This document shows positions 39,545-51,764 of a DNA stretch of 64,000 nucleotides, one piece after another (position 1 is the first letter of the stretch; every line of letters starts with the position of its first letter). The translations under genes were made by a program, and so were the position numbers. Origin of the DNA: Octopus vulgaris (taxonomy: Eukaryota). Under the pieces are notes generated by a model. That model made no database searches. It was given only the letters and a program-made list of their open reading frames with translations, and was not told the DNA's origin. Location: positions 214,210,001-214,274,000 of the forward strand of contig OX597814.1 in the NCBI GenBank assembly GCA_951406725.2, in the 5' to 3' direction.

Positions 39545-40738
39545 AATATAATAATGAAATTATTGTATACAGTGCTCAGGTGCACCACAACTTGTCAGAG
39601 TATATGCAGTAATGTACAAATGTCTGGAAAGCGAACAATGCATGAGTCAGATACATGCTTGTGTGTGTATGGAGGGGAGAAAATCAGGTGTAGTGTTGGC
39701 GAATCTCAGAAAGCATGGAAGTTTTGAAGGATGCAGTGCTCCGACAACTAACAACCGATGCCGGCAGTTTGTTCCACGCCTCAGCAACTCTCAGCGTGAA
39801 AAAATGTTTCCTGAAGTCATGGGAGCTGTGCTGTTTTCTTACTTTGTAAATATGTCCACGGGTGTTAGATGGGTGGAGTTTGAAGAGGTGCTCAGTGTTA
39901 TTGTTTGTGTGATGGTTGATAATTTTATGGGTGTCTGCCAGACCTCGGAGTTTCAATGTGTCCATGCCCAGGGAAGTAAGACGTTCAGGATATGGCAAAT
40001 GCCTGATGGAGGGTATTCTTTTGGTTGCACGTCGCTGAACAGCTTCCAGACGATTGATGTCCTGGGCAAGATAGGGGTTCCAGACCGGTGATGCAAATTC
40101 CAGGTGAGGTCTTACCATAGCTATATAAAGCCGCAGATAGATAGCCGGAGAGCGGCTCACAAAGGATTTGGTGAGTGATGCCAAGACACCCTCAGCCTTC
40201 TTGACAATTTTGGCGATGTGTTTTGTCCAACGCAAATCACTGTCGACAATAACACCCAGGTCACATTCACTTGAAGACTTTTTGAGACTAGTGTTGTGGA
40301 GGGAGTAGGTGGACGCTGGGTTTCTCCTCCCAAAATGCATGGTGGTACATTTGTCCACAGCCAGCTTGAGTTGCCAGTCCATGATCCACTGCTGCATTGT
40401 GTCCAGGTCTGCTTGCAATAGAGATCCATAGTGTATAGGATTTGACCTCTTTATTTCGAGGTACAGCTTGATGTCATCTGCATATTTCAGCACTGTGGCA
40501 TTCTTTAAGTTGGCATCTATGTCATTAACATATGCAACAAATAAAAGAGGGCCAAGAACAGATCCCTGTGGCACACCAGATGTCATCTCATAGGGCGAAG
40601 AGTGCTGTCCTAGAACTGTGACAACCTCTTTTCGGCCGAAAATAAAGGACTTTAACCAGTTATAGAGTTCGTCTCTTACACCCAACACAGAAAGCTTCAC
40701 CATAAGTTTTTTGTGTGGCACAGAGTTAAAAGCCTTCA
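39545..40738 (-). mobile_element. CR1-type LINE, 5'-truncated (reverse transcriptase domain)
   Basis: ORF 39684-40760 with KAFNSVPH, GVPQGSVLGPLLF, YADD and RPHLEFASPVWNP; 3' UTR and tail follow. Confidence 0.92.
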
Positions 40739-41810
40739 TGACAATATTTTTAATACACACATAATTTGTATAACAAAATCATTTTTCTAATATATGCTAT
40801 TAAAAACAGAATCAGTTTTAAAATGCAAATATATTTAATATTTAAAAAAGATATACAATACATATTTTAAAACATTATTACAAAAAGTAAAATTTTTTTT
40901 AAGAATGAAAATTTGAATAAGGTAAAGATTATAGTCTTTTCTTAAAATTCAATTATACAGGACTTGAAAGCAAGAATTTAGTTCTTAATTCTCGAAATAC
41001 GTTTTTATAATAAAAAAAAAATCAGATTCTCTTTTCAGATCTATTGAATGCATAAATGATTTAAAAATTCTTTTTTTAGAGAAAAGAATTTAGAATTATA
41101 TAAGTCCCAATATATGGGACTTAATATCTGCATCAAGACCCATATATTTTTACACATAAAACATACAATGACATTACAAAATGCTGTCTTGATATTTTTT
41201 TTTTTTTAAGGCACATATTTAAAAGATTTAATATTTGTATTTCAAACCAATGAATCCTGAAAGTCAATATGTAAAAGTCTTGACTTGATATGTAGAGGAT
41301 ACATTAATTCCACCACACTAATGAGACAATGTTAAACTGTATGAAGTTTGGTTTTAAAGCTGGTGTCATTCGAAATCACAGCTACACCAAATATGGTAGC
41401 ATTACTTACGAAAGGATTTTATGCAAAATGAGAAATCATAAACTTTTGAACTGCATCCAACATATTTCAATTACTTTGTGACATTAAAATAAAATCTTTA
41501 ATTTTGATATTTAAACTTTTGGTGTGATGCAGGTGATTGTGTTTTCTGTTTTGTTCGTTACAGAAATGAAGGTCAACACTAAAATATAATTTGGATTTTT
41601 CGCAATCAGATTCAAGTATTCACTTTTGTTTCAGAATCGATTTGCATTGTCTTGTGTAATAAGCCAGTTAAAACAATTTGTTTTAACGAACATGTTGACC
41701 AACAATTAGTGACTTTTTAAAGATGAATGCATGAAGCGTGAGGCAAGTAGATATATTGCATTTAGAAATAAAACTAAATGCCTGCACTAGAATAAAAAGA
41801 AATTAAGTTC

Positions 41811-41958
41811 TCAGTTGGTGAGAGTATTCCAAGCTTGATATAAACGAGTTGTAATGGCCTCTAGAACTGGTTGGGTGCAATGAATAGCCGTGGAACCAGT
41901 TTTCAGAGAAGGTGCCAAAGATAGCAGAGATTCCAGAGTGGTAGAAGTATCATTCAAC
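41811..41958 (-). CDS. M28B-family protein terminal coding exon
   Basis: ttttcag acceptor; phase 2 fits the previous exon. (R)LNDTSTTLESLL...ITTRLYQAWNTLTN then TGA (41813-41811); the ending resembles the family C-terminus xQAAAxTL. Confidence 0.78.
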
Positions 41959-42217
41959 CTGAAAAAATAAATTTGAAAATGCACTTAAAAGAAAATAGCT
42001 TTCAAGTGTTCATAAACATATGTACATTTTAGTATACAATTTTTATAGTTTCTATGCAACAAATTTACACAAGCTGTTGAATCTATGCTGTCAGTGACTC
42101 TAAAAAGTGACATAACACTGCTTTATTTAATCTAGGAGGCTGGTAAATAGTTTTATTCCTACTAGTAAGAAAGAAGGTAATTCAAAACTAATTGTTTCCA
42201 TTTTATTTTAATAGTAT

Positions 42218-42580
42218 GTGAATGTCCAAAATTGTAGAAATCCTTTATATATACGTCCCCTGCCCAATTCAAGATCACAACATACATGTACACTGCAACA
42301 TAATTTCTTTTCCTCAACAGGCCCTGCCCTATTTAACATTGTCCCAAAAGAGATCAAAGAGGAAAAGGATCCCATCAACTTTAAATGGAGTCTGGATAGA
42401 TTCCTTCAAGGAATACCAGATAAGCCACCCATAATTGGATACAACTCACCCAACAAAAACTCACTACTTGAATGGACCATAAACAAAACTTGACTTAAAC
42501 AGGATTTAGATAATCCTATCAGGTGGTGCTATTAAGTTAGACATGGCCTGGACCAATCTGTGGTCGAAACATATCTAAGT
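42218..42580 (+). mobile_element. LINE 3' fragment (CR1/L2/Crack group)
   Basis: GPALFNIVPKEIK...FKWSLDRFLQGIPDKP...NSLLEW is the same C-terminal type as 24300-24890. Confidence 0.65.
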
Positions 42581-42873
42581 TTTATATATGAGTGTATAAT
42601 ACAAAATATACTTATACAAGCATATAAGTAAATACAAATCTTGGAACACTTTGGTTTTGGTAACGTTGAAGAATTTGTCTTTATGTTTTTAGTTCACCAC
42701 TCACAACTGAGTATGGTTATCTTGATGTCGTAATATAAGGTAGAATGGTTTCAGAAAAGGTTAAAGGTGAAACAGTTCTATATTGCAATTACCAAAGATT
42801 TCCCTCTCACCACTAACTATTTAAACATGTTTTTAAAAAAAAAGGAAAGAACAAAATGAATTATTTAGAATAC

Positions 42874-43066
42874 CTGGTGAGTGGAGCCAATATTTTATGC
42901 AATACCAATGATTCCTGTTGACAATCTTTTTTTAACCACTGACCATGGGATGATTTTTTATTGTACTTGTTACTCTTTGGTGGAATATTTGAATGTTTAA
43001 TTGATGCTGGATGATTGATAGTACCAACTAATGACAACATTTTTGACATAGCATCACTAAGGGCAT
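42874..43066 (-). CDS. M28B-family protein exon (helical/dimerisation domain)
   Basis: ttttcag acceptor, gtattc donor, 193 nt, phase 1-2, open frame. SF|NALSDAMSKM parallels GCPII SFDSLFSAVKNF. Confidence 0.78.
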
Positions 43067-43229
43067 CTGAAAAGAAACAGTTTAGAGTTACTCAACCAAA
43101 CCAGTTATTGTTCCACTTTTATAAAAATGATGAAGTTAAGAAAGATGTGGAAGAGAGGGAGACCAAGGAAGACATGGGACGGAATATCGAAAGCTGATTG
43201 CAAGATACTGAGCCTTATGAAGGAGATGT

Positions 43230-43548
43230 TGTTGTTTTGTTGTCGTTTGTCCCTACTTGAGCCATGCCTGGCTCATAAGGGCCGGTTTCCCGGTTTCCTT
43301 GGCGTATAGGTACCCCACCTGGATGGGATGCCAGTCCATTGCAGGTGAGCTGCAAGATGCAGGAGGAAAGAGTGAGAGAAAGTTGTGGCGAAAGAGTCAG
43401 CAGAAGTTCGCTATTACCTTCTGCCAGAGCCACGTGGAGATTAGGTGTTTTACTCATAAACACACATATCGCCCGGTCTGAGATTCAAATCCATGCTCCC
43501 TCAACCGTGAGTCCGCTGCTCTAACCACTAAGCCATGTGCCTCCACAT
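43230..43548 (-). mobile_element. tRNA-derived SINE with family-D-like head and (AAC)n tail
   Basis: Minus-strand head ggaggcacatggcttagtggttagagcagcgg. Confidence 0.7.
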
Positions 43549-43835
43549 GGAGATGGCTAAAGACAAATATCTGGCACATTGCTGTACTCATGAAGGCCTG
43601 TCTGCCATAGCAGAACTGATACTACCACTGCTAGTGCCACATAAAAAGCAGCCAGTACACTTTGTGGAGTGGTTGGCATTAGGAAGGATATTCAGCTATA
43701 GAAACCGTGTCAGAACAGACAATGGAGCCTGGTGCAGCTCGTAGCCTTACCAGCTCTGGTCAAACTGCCTGACCCCATGCAAGCCTGGAAAATGGACACT
43801 GAATGATGATGATGGTTTTTTAAGAGATGACGAAA

Positions 43836-44008
43836 TCATCATCATCATCATCATCATCATCGTTTAGCGTCCGCTTTCCATGCTGGCATGGGTTGGACGG
43901 TTCAACTGGGGTCTGGGAAGCCAGAAGGCTGCACCAGGCTCCAGTCTGATCTGGCAATGTTTCTACGGCTGGATGCCCTTCCTAACGCCAACCACTCCAT
44001 GAGTGTAG
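43836..44008 (-). mobile_element. RTE-LINE 3' end copy
   Basis: Shared tail; lies tail-to-tail with an older + strand copy at ~43625-43815. Confidence 0.75.
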
Positions 44009-44949
44009 AAATGGAAGTAACAATATTTTAAATCCAAATCATACCAAGGACAGCTTTGCCTACTCAATAATCCAAAGTCGATAATCCAAACACTAGTCAT
44101 ATAACAGAGAAAAAAGTTAATCAACTATACCCCTTTCTTATAAACATTAGCCTAGTACCTACCAATATAAGATATCCTTGTTTTAGAATGTTTGTGAGGT
44201 AGTGCATTTCGTCTGTTTTTATGTTCCGAATTAAAATGCCACTGAGGTCGATTTTGCCTTCCGTCCTTAAGAAGCCGATGAAATAAGTACCAGTTGAATA
44301 CTGAGGTTGATGTAACTGACTTACCCTTCCCCTGAAACTGCTGGCCTTGTGCCAAAATTTGAAACCAATATTAACTCACACCTCATACATTCCTCTCTGA
44401 GAAGTGAATGTGGTAAAAAAAAACCCAGTCTTCAGCAATGACTCAATATTAAAATGTTCTATTACAAGTCTAGGAGACACAAGCACTATAACCTACACAT
44501 ATACATATGATGGGATTTTAGTTCCAACCTACAAAATTTACTCACAGGGTTTTGGTCGACCCAAAGGTGTAGCAGAAGGCATTTGCCTAAGGTACCTTGC
44601 AGTGGGACTGAACCCAAACTAACATGGTTCAGAAGTGTCATCTTTCCCACACAGCTATGTCCATTTTGCAAATAACTGATTTAATTTGGTGCCAGACAGA
44701 TGCCTTTAATATGTTATCTTCATCTAAGTCAGATATTTCAGTCTTCCAGCTAACCTGCAGCAGCAAACAGGAAATCACTCCTGTGTTGCTCAGTAATGAG
44801 AGATCCTGATATTAGCAAAATCACATCTGGTGTAGTTCAGCCTCAGCAAGACACCATCAGTAATTTCCTCATCACTCCTTCATGCTGAAGTGGTGATGTC
44901 TTTGCTTTTCTGACAAGCCCTAATAAGATCAGAGTATGTCCTAGGTTGG

Positions 44950-45290
44950 TGAAGGCACATGCCTCAGTGGTTAGAGCGTCGAGCTTACGATCGTGAGGCT
45001 GTGAGCTCGAATCCCAGACCGGGCTGCGTGTTGTGTTCTTGAGCAAGACACTTTATTTCACATTGCTCCAGTTCACTCAGCTGTAGAAATGAGTTGCGAT
45101 GTCACAGGTGCCAAGCTGTATCGGCCCTTGCCTTTCCCTTGGATAACATCGGTGGCATGGAGAGGGGAGGCCGGTATGCATGGGCAACTGCTGGTCTTCC
45201 ATAAACAACCTTGCCCGGACTTGTGCCTGGGAGGGTGACTTTCTAGGTGTAATCCCGTGGTCAGTGCCGTGACCGAAGTGGGTTTCAGAC
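44950..45290 (+). mobile_element. tRNA-derived SINE (family E)
   Basis: cagtggttagagcgtcgagc...gctcgaatccc head. Confidence 0.75.
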
Positions 45291-45339
45291 TGTCCTAGAT
45301 TATTTCCTTTACTGGCTATAATAATAATAATATCAAGCC

Positions 45340-46064
45340 TTGTCTCGCATTCGCCAGCCTTGTCTGGCACCTGTGTTGGTGGCACGTAAAAAGCACCCAC
45401 TACACTCATGGAGTGGTTGGCGTTAGGAAGGGCAACCAGCCGTAGAAACACTGCCAGATCTGACTGGGCCTGGTGCAGCCTTCTGGCTTCCCAGACCCCA
45501 GTTGAACCGTCCAACCCATGCTAACATGGAAAGCAGACGTTAAACGATGATGATGATGATGATTGAATATTGTTTTTCCCTCATTTTATAAGTATTTCAA
45601 ATTAGCTTTTTAATACTCATTTTATTAAATATGGAATCCTATCCAACTCCACTTGTGAAGATCTGTTGAGGCAAGTGAAAATCAAAATCAAAATCGTAAT
45701 CTATCAACATCAGTGGAATTTGTAGCTGTGATACCAGTGCCGGTGGCACGTAAGAGAACCATCCGAACGTGGCCGTAGCCAGCGCCGCCCTGACTGGTTT
45801 CCGTGCCGGTGGCACGTAAAAAGCACCATCCAACCGTGGCCGTTGCCAGCCTCGTCTGGCACCTGTGCCGGTAGCATGTAAAAAGCACCCACTACACTCA
45901 CGGAGTGGTTGGCGTTAGGAAGGGCATCCAGCTGTAGAAACACTGCCAGATAAGACTGGGCCTGATGCAGCCTCCTGGCTTCCCAGACCCCAGTTGAACC
46001 GTCCAACCCATGCTAGCATGGAAAACAGACGTTAAACAACAAAGATGATGATGATGATGATGAT
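45340..46064 (+). mobile_element. Two tandem RTE-LINE 3' end copies (45340-45563 and 45645-46064)
   Basis: Each ends in cgttaaac...(GAT)n. Confidence 0.78.
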
Positions 46065-46218
46065 ATATTCTTTAATATTTATGGAGGAATATGATTTTAC
46101 TACGTTCAATTCTGAACTGAAACAAACGAATTCGATCTTAATTTAGAAGTAAATTAATTAGTATTGACGAACAACATGAAGTAATTATCTTCTGAACAGT
46201 AATAAAAGCAGCAACTAT

Positions 46219-46434
46219 ACTCTTTTTACTCTTTTACATGTTTCAGTCATTTGACTGCGGCCATGCTGGAGCACCGCCTTTAGTCGAGCAAATCGACCCC
46301 GGGACTTATTCTTTTGTAAGCCCAGTACTTATTCTATCGGTCTCATTTGCCGAACCGCTAAGTGACAGGGACGTAAACACACCAGCATCGGTTGTCAAGC
46401 AATGCTAGGGCGACAAACACAGACACACAAACAC

Positions 46435-46482
<48 letters not shown>

Positions 46483-46648
46483 GACGGGCTTCTTTCAGTT
46501 TCCGTCTACCAAATCCACTCACAAGGCATTGGTCGGCCCGAGGCTATAGCAGAAGACACTTGCCCAAGATTGCCATGCAGTGGGACTGAACCCGGAACCA
46601 TGTGGTTGGTTAGCAAGCTACTTACCACACAGCCACTCCTGCGCCTAT
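46219..46648 (-). mobile_element. SINE family B, full length
   Basis: Reverse complement of the family sequence. Confidence 0.88.
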
Positions 46649-46732
46649 ATTAATTATTTTAACATTTTCATTTCATTTCCATTTTAAGATGGTGTATAAA
46701 TACGTGTATATATGCAAAAAAACAAAACTTAC

Positions 46733-46937
46733 TAAATGAAAGAGTGTGGAAAGTACGGCATTTCTCGACAAGAGAACCAACTTGATGTTCAACAGCGGTC
46801 ACCAGGTCTACCAGGCTGTAAGTATTCCCTGCGCCATCAGATAAACTCAACAATACAAGGGAGCTAACTCGAGCTACCGCCGTGTGGTACCGAAAATGGT
46901 GGCTGCTATCAGGTTCTGTTTTTATCTCCTTCGGCTT
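46733..46937 (-). CDS. M28B-family protein exon (end of protease-like domain, start of helical domain)
   Basis: cctgcag acceptor, gtaagt donor, 205 nt. HFRYHTAVARVSSLVLLSLSD...YSLVD matches GCPII [20 protein letters not shown]...FDCRD. Confidence 0.87.
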
Positions 46938-47244
46938 CTGCAGGAAAAAAAAACAACAAAAAAAACTATTAATATATATTTCCATATTATTGTTATACTC
47001 AGGAGAGAATGAGTAATTCAAATATTGAGGCAACATGTTTACAAAGCAATAAACCTTATTTTGCAAGTAAATTCCACATAGTGGAAAATAGGTTGTTGAA
47101 CCAACAACAACCAACCATTTAAAGAACAGTCTTGATAAATATTTGAAGAAAAAATTTAATTTGAAATGCTCTTCTGATATGAAAAGTCAACATCTTTAGA
47201 CTTCTTCTAACATTCAGAGGAAACAATAAAGTAAACATTGAGAT

Positions 47245-47570
47245 GTTTACAAAGTCAGAAAACAGCACAGCAGCTCCCATGACTTTAGGAAACATTTTTT
47301 CACGCTGAGAGTTGCTGAAGCATGGAACAAACTGCCAGCATCAGTTGTTAGTTGTCGGAGCACTGCATCCTTCAAAACTTCCATGCTTCCTGAGATTCGC
47401 CAACACTACACCTGATTTTCTCCCCTCCATACACACGCAAGCATGTATCTGACTCATACACTGTTCACTTCCCAGACATTTGTACATTACTGCATATGCT
47501 TTATACGCACTTTCTGACAAGTTGTGGTGCACCTGAGCACTGTATACAATAATTTCATTATTATTATTAT
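47245..47570 (+). mobile_element. CR1-type LINE 3' fragment
   Basis: Same 3' end as 10135-10490. Confidence 0.85.
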
Positions 47571-48086
47571 GATTGTTGAGCTTAAATTCGCTTAGTTCCT
47601 CCCAGTCCCTTTAAAACATCATAGGCAAAAAGAGAGCAAGATCTTCACTCAATATGGTTGTAAGCTCTGTCATGAGCCGGCCGGCCGGCTGGCCTCCCTG
47701 GCAGGTTCTTCTCCAAAGTTCTCAACCAGGTATTTACAGGTCTGCAGCTTCCTACCCTAAATCTGGTTTCCCCTCTGGAGAGGTTTCCGTGGTCCTTTTT
47801 TGTGAGTAGTATATGGCTAAGCACCATCCATCCTCCTATGTAGGTTAGTCAGCCTAAACCTTTATGCAACTTCTTCATTTGTGACATAGTCATGCCAAGA
47901 AATTCTTAGTGTGATCCTAAAACAAATTCTATCAAAAAGAATCTACAGTTTTAAGGTTTACAGGTGGAGTTTGGGGTTTTGGTTGATGGAGGAGTTAGGC
48001 CATACAGTCTTCAGGTGCTAGAAGACAGCTGAAGCCTTACAGAATCTCTTCACATCAATTTCTGAGTTTCAATCATTGGTAATATA

Positions 48087-48314
48087 TATTTCTTTACTAC
48101 ACACAAGGGGCTAAACACAGAGGAGACAAACAAGGACAGACAAAGGGATTAAGTCGATTACATCGACTCCAGTGCGTAACTGGTACTTAATTTATCGACC
48201 CGGAAGGATGAAAGGCAAAGTCGAACTCGGTGGAATTTGAACTCAGAACGTAACGGCAGACGAAATACGGCAACGCATTTTGCCCGGCGTGCTAACGTTT
48301 CTGCCAGCTCGCCG
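48087..48314 (-). mobile_element. SINE family A
   Basis: Reverse complement of family A. Confidence 0.85.
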
Positions 48315-48646
48315 TAATGTAACTACCCAGATGCATGAAGGAATCAACAATCTTTGAAGTCTGACCTTCCAACAGGATTGTTGGCTGCAATGCCTCCTAG
48401 TAATCTTCAATTTCATCTTTTCATTGCTGATACAAAAGCTAGCTGCAGTTGCAAAGACAGTGGTACAAACATCGCCTGTCCTCCTTTCCTGTCGCAGGGT
48501 GTCAGTTGATGAACATTTACAAGAAGAACAGAACAGTCAGGATTCAGAATTGGAAAGTCATGCAGTGGACAAATCTACATGTTATGCAGCATCACTGAGC
48601 TGAATTGCAAGCTCCAGCAGCTGCATATATGGCCAACCAACCTCAA

Positions 48647-49082
48647 TCATCATCATCGTTTAACGTCCGTTTTCCATGCTAGCATGGGTTGGACGGTTCA
48701 ACTAGGGTCTGGGAAGCCAGAAGGCTGCGCCAGGCTCCAGTCTGATCTGGCAGAGTTTCTACAGCTGGATGACCTTCCTAACGCCAACCACTCCATGAGT
48801 GTAGTGGATGCTTTTTATGTGCCACTGACACAGGTGCCAGACGAGGCTGGCAAACGGCCACGATCGGATGGTGCTTTTTACGTGCCACCTGCACAGGTGC
48901 CAGACGAGGCTGGCAAACGGCCACGATCGGATGGTGCTTTTTACGTGCCACCTGCACAGGTGCCAGACGAGGCTGGCAAACGGCCACGATCGGATGGTGC
49001 TTTTTACGTGCCACCTGCACAGGTTCCAGACGAGGCTGGCAAACGGCCACGATCAGATGGTGCGAGGCTGGTAACGGCCACA
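48647..49082 (-). mobile_element. RTE-LINE 3' end copy with a 63-bp unit tandemly repeated ~4 times
   Basis: acgaggctggcaaacggccacgatc recurs at a period of 63 (48841, 48904, 48967, 49030). Confidence 0.85.
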
Positions 49083-49364
49083 AAAAATGCATTCAACAGC
49101 ATGCACAGAAAGTCACTTTGAAAGATTGTCACATGTTCTGATGTTACTGCATCGGAACCAAAGATGTGAACAAAAAGGGATTTAATCTCATCAAGGGATG
49201 CATCAGGAATGTGTGCAAAAAAGAATGGACCCAGTGAGTGAATATGAATGGAGGGAGAGGAGTTAGGAAGATGAGTTGCATGGAAGAGAAATATTTTTTT
49301 TCCAAGAATATGTCTTCTTTTAAGAGACCAAAAAAAAAAAAAATTCATGTAACTCAAAAAATAC

Positions 49365-49550
49365 CTTAGCAGTTTCAGGTGCATATTTACAGGTGAACTG
49401 AATACTGGGCAGCCATTTACTCATAATTTCAGTGTGTGTGTCACTTAATGGCACTAATATACCATTTGAAGTTAAAGGAAGTGGAAGATTGGGTTTCTGG
49501 TAGAAAGTGGTAGCTAATATACTCAGTTCTCTTTCGTCAGGATCAGGAAC
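49365..49550 (-). CDS. M28B-family protein exon
   Basis: tttcag acceptor, gtattt donor, 186 nt, phase 0-0. VPDPDERELSIL...LPSIQFTCKYAPETAK; VxxPD begins the equivalent segment in family members. Confidence 0.82.
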
Positions 49551-49849
49551 CTGAAAGAGAAATTTAGAAAGTGATAATAAAAGTGTTTCAGTTCTAACCA
49601 TTGAAATAGATAAAAATGTTCTGTCAATAAAGAAGGAAAAAAAAAACATTCAATATATTAAGATACTGTCAAAACTGTAACTGTGGTTTTTATTTGGACC
49701 TTGGGCACTAGACTAATAAATAAAACCCACTAGATTCCAGCAAAGAAGGAAAAGAACTTGTAACTTGCTTTACTTGTGTAAGGCATTTACAATCTGCAAG
49801 AATGTGAAACTGTCCATTAGACAACAAAGCTGGCATTATTTGATTCTTT

Positions 49850-50370
49850 CACCTGTACGATTTTCACTAAAAAGAGCTTGGATTTTTTTCTGTGGAATCA
49901 AGTACCCTGACCTCCTAACACACTGCAAACCCCTTACTTTTGTTTGAAAAAAAAAGATGAGGACCAGACTGCCCCCGTATCCCAGAATCAATGGAAATTT
50001 GCTTTTTTTCCATTGAATGAATTCTGGTGACCTCCTAATATACTACAAAACCATTTTTGGGATCCAGAAAACAGGATGGGGTGAGGTGGAAGCCTCAGAA
50101 ATTTTACCCCACCCTCACCCCATTGATCTTTTCACCCTCATGATTTTCGCTAAGAATAAAAAACTTGGATTTTTTGCATGGAATCAAGTACCCTGACCTC
50201 CTAATATGCTGTAAACCCCTTATTTTTGTTTGGGAAAAAAGGTGGGGAATCATTGGAAATTTGTATTTTTTGCTGAATGAATTTCAGTGACCTAATATGC
50301 TACAAAGCCCTTTTTGGGGTCTGGAAAATGGGGCGGAACCCTCGGAAATTTCACCCCCACCCCCATTTTC
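49850..50370. repeat. Diverged ~290-bp tandem duplication with internal subrepeats
   Basis: ggaatcaagtaccctgacctcctaa at ~49894 and ~50180; tggaaatttg...tgaatgaatt..gtgacct is also repeated. Confidence 0.7.
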
Positions 50371-50961
50371 AAATATTTTTTGCTATTTCTTTCTTTCCCC
50401 ATAATTTTTTATGACATTTTGCAGAAATACGTTTTCGAGATTGTGTGGATTACATTAGATTGAAAATTCAAAGAAGTTTGAAATGAATAAGTGAAGATGC
50501 AGAGGTTATAGAAGTTAGTGGTAACGAAGTGTGTGGAGAGATAACGAACGATAAATTCATCTAAAAAAAAAAAAAAAGGGATAGAGTTTTTGCATGTGTG
50601 TGTGAAACGAAGTAAAAGTATAATATTAAGATAAAATATCTTTTTCCTACCTCTTAAAATTACTGGATATAATATATATAATAACCCCAGGTTGCAGATT
50701 AGATTTGTAAAACTAAAGCATTTTCCCTTTGCAATTTTTGGCACCGAAATATGTGTGTGTGTGTGTGTGTGTGTGGAGAGAGAGAAAGAGAGATTGACTG
50801 AGTGGGGTGTGATGAAGTTTACCTAAACTTTGAATGGTGTAACAATATATCATAATTACATATATCATCATCATCATTGTTTAACGTCTGCTTTCCATGC
50901 TGGCATGGGTTGGACGGGTTGACTGAGGATAACATGGAAAAATCACAACAGTGATAAAACT

Positions 50962-51375
50962 ACTCTTTTACACTTTTTTTTTTTACTTGTTTCAGTCATT
51001 TGACTGTGGCCATGCTGGAGCACCACCTTTAGTCGAGCAAATCGACCCCAGGACTTATTCTTTGTAAGCCCAGTACTTATTCTATTGGTCTCTTTTTGCC
51101 GAACCGCTAAGTGACGGGGACGTAAACACACCAGCATTGGTTGTCAAGTAACGCTAGGAGGACAAACACAAACACATACACATACATATATATATACATA
51201 CATATATAAGACAGGCTTCTTTAAGTTTCCGTCAACCAAATCCACTCACAAGGCATTGGTCGGCCCGAGGCTATAGTAGAAGACACTTGCCCAAGGTGCC
51301 ACGCAGTGGGACTGAACCCAGAACCATGTGGTTGGTAAACAAGCTACTTACCACACAGCCACTCCTGCACCTATA
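50962..51375 (-). mobile_element. SINE family B
   Basis: Reverse complement of the family sequence. Confidence 0.85.
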
Positions 51376-51764
51376 CGATGATGATATACAAGGAAATTAA
51401 GCACTACAAACTAAAAGTAATTAATGCCTAGGTCAACTGTAAAATACCCGTGTCAAGATCTTTACTCTTTTATCACAAATGAAAATCCTGGATCATAGAT
51501 CAGAAATATATCTTTAAACCTTATCTCAGTAATGCATCAGATCAATTACAAATTGAAACCAAGTATGTTTTTTTTAGTAAACTAGATAAAGGTGTATCAA
51601 ATCATAAGTACAATTCCCTTTGTCATGTTCTATTGTACTCCTCAAAAAGTTGGTTTCTTTCCTTCAAAGCTTGGATCAGTATATACACAATGCTACAATA
51701 CTTTGTATAACAATGTCAAAACTGTTAAATCATTCTTTTAAAGCTGAACCTGCCACTTGTTGTA

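Noticed and set aside
39684-40760. 358-aa host gene or active retrotransposon
   Set aside because: 5'-truncated LINE RT copy whose start codon comes from flanking DNA; no endonuclease or ORF1.
48800-49082. CRISPR-like repeat array
   Set aside because: Eukaryotic context, units identical along their whole length (no unique spacers), no cas genes, and it lies within a LINE 3' UTR.
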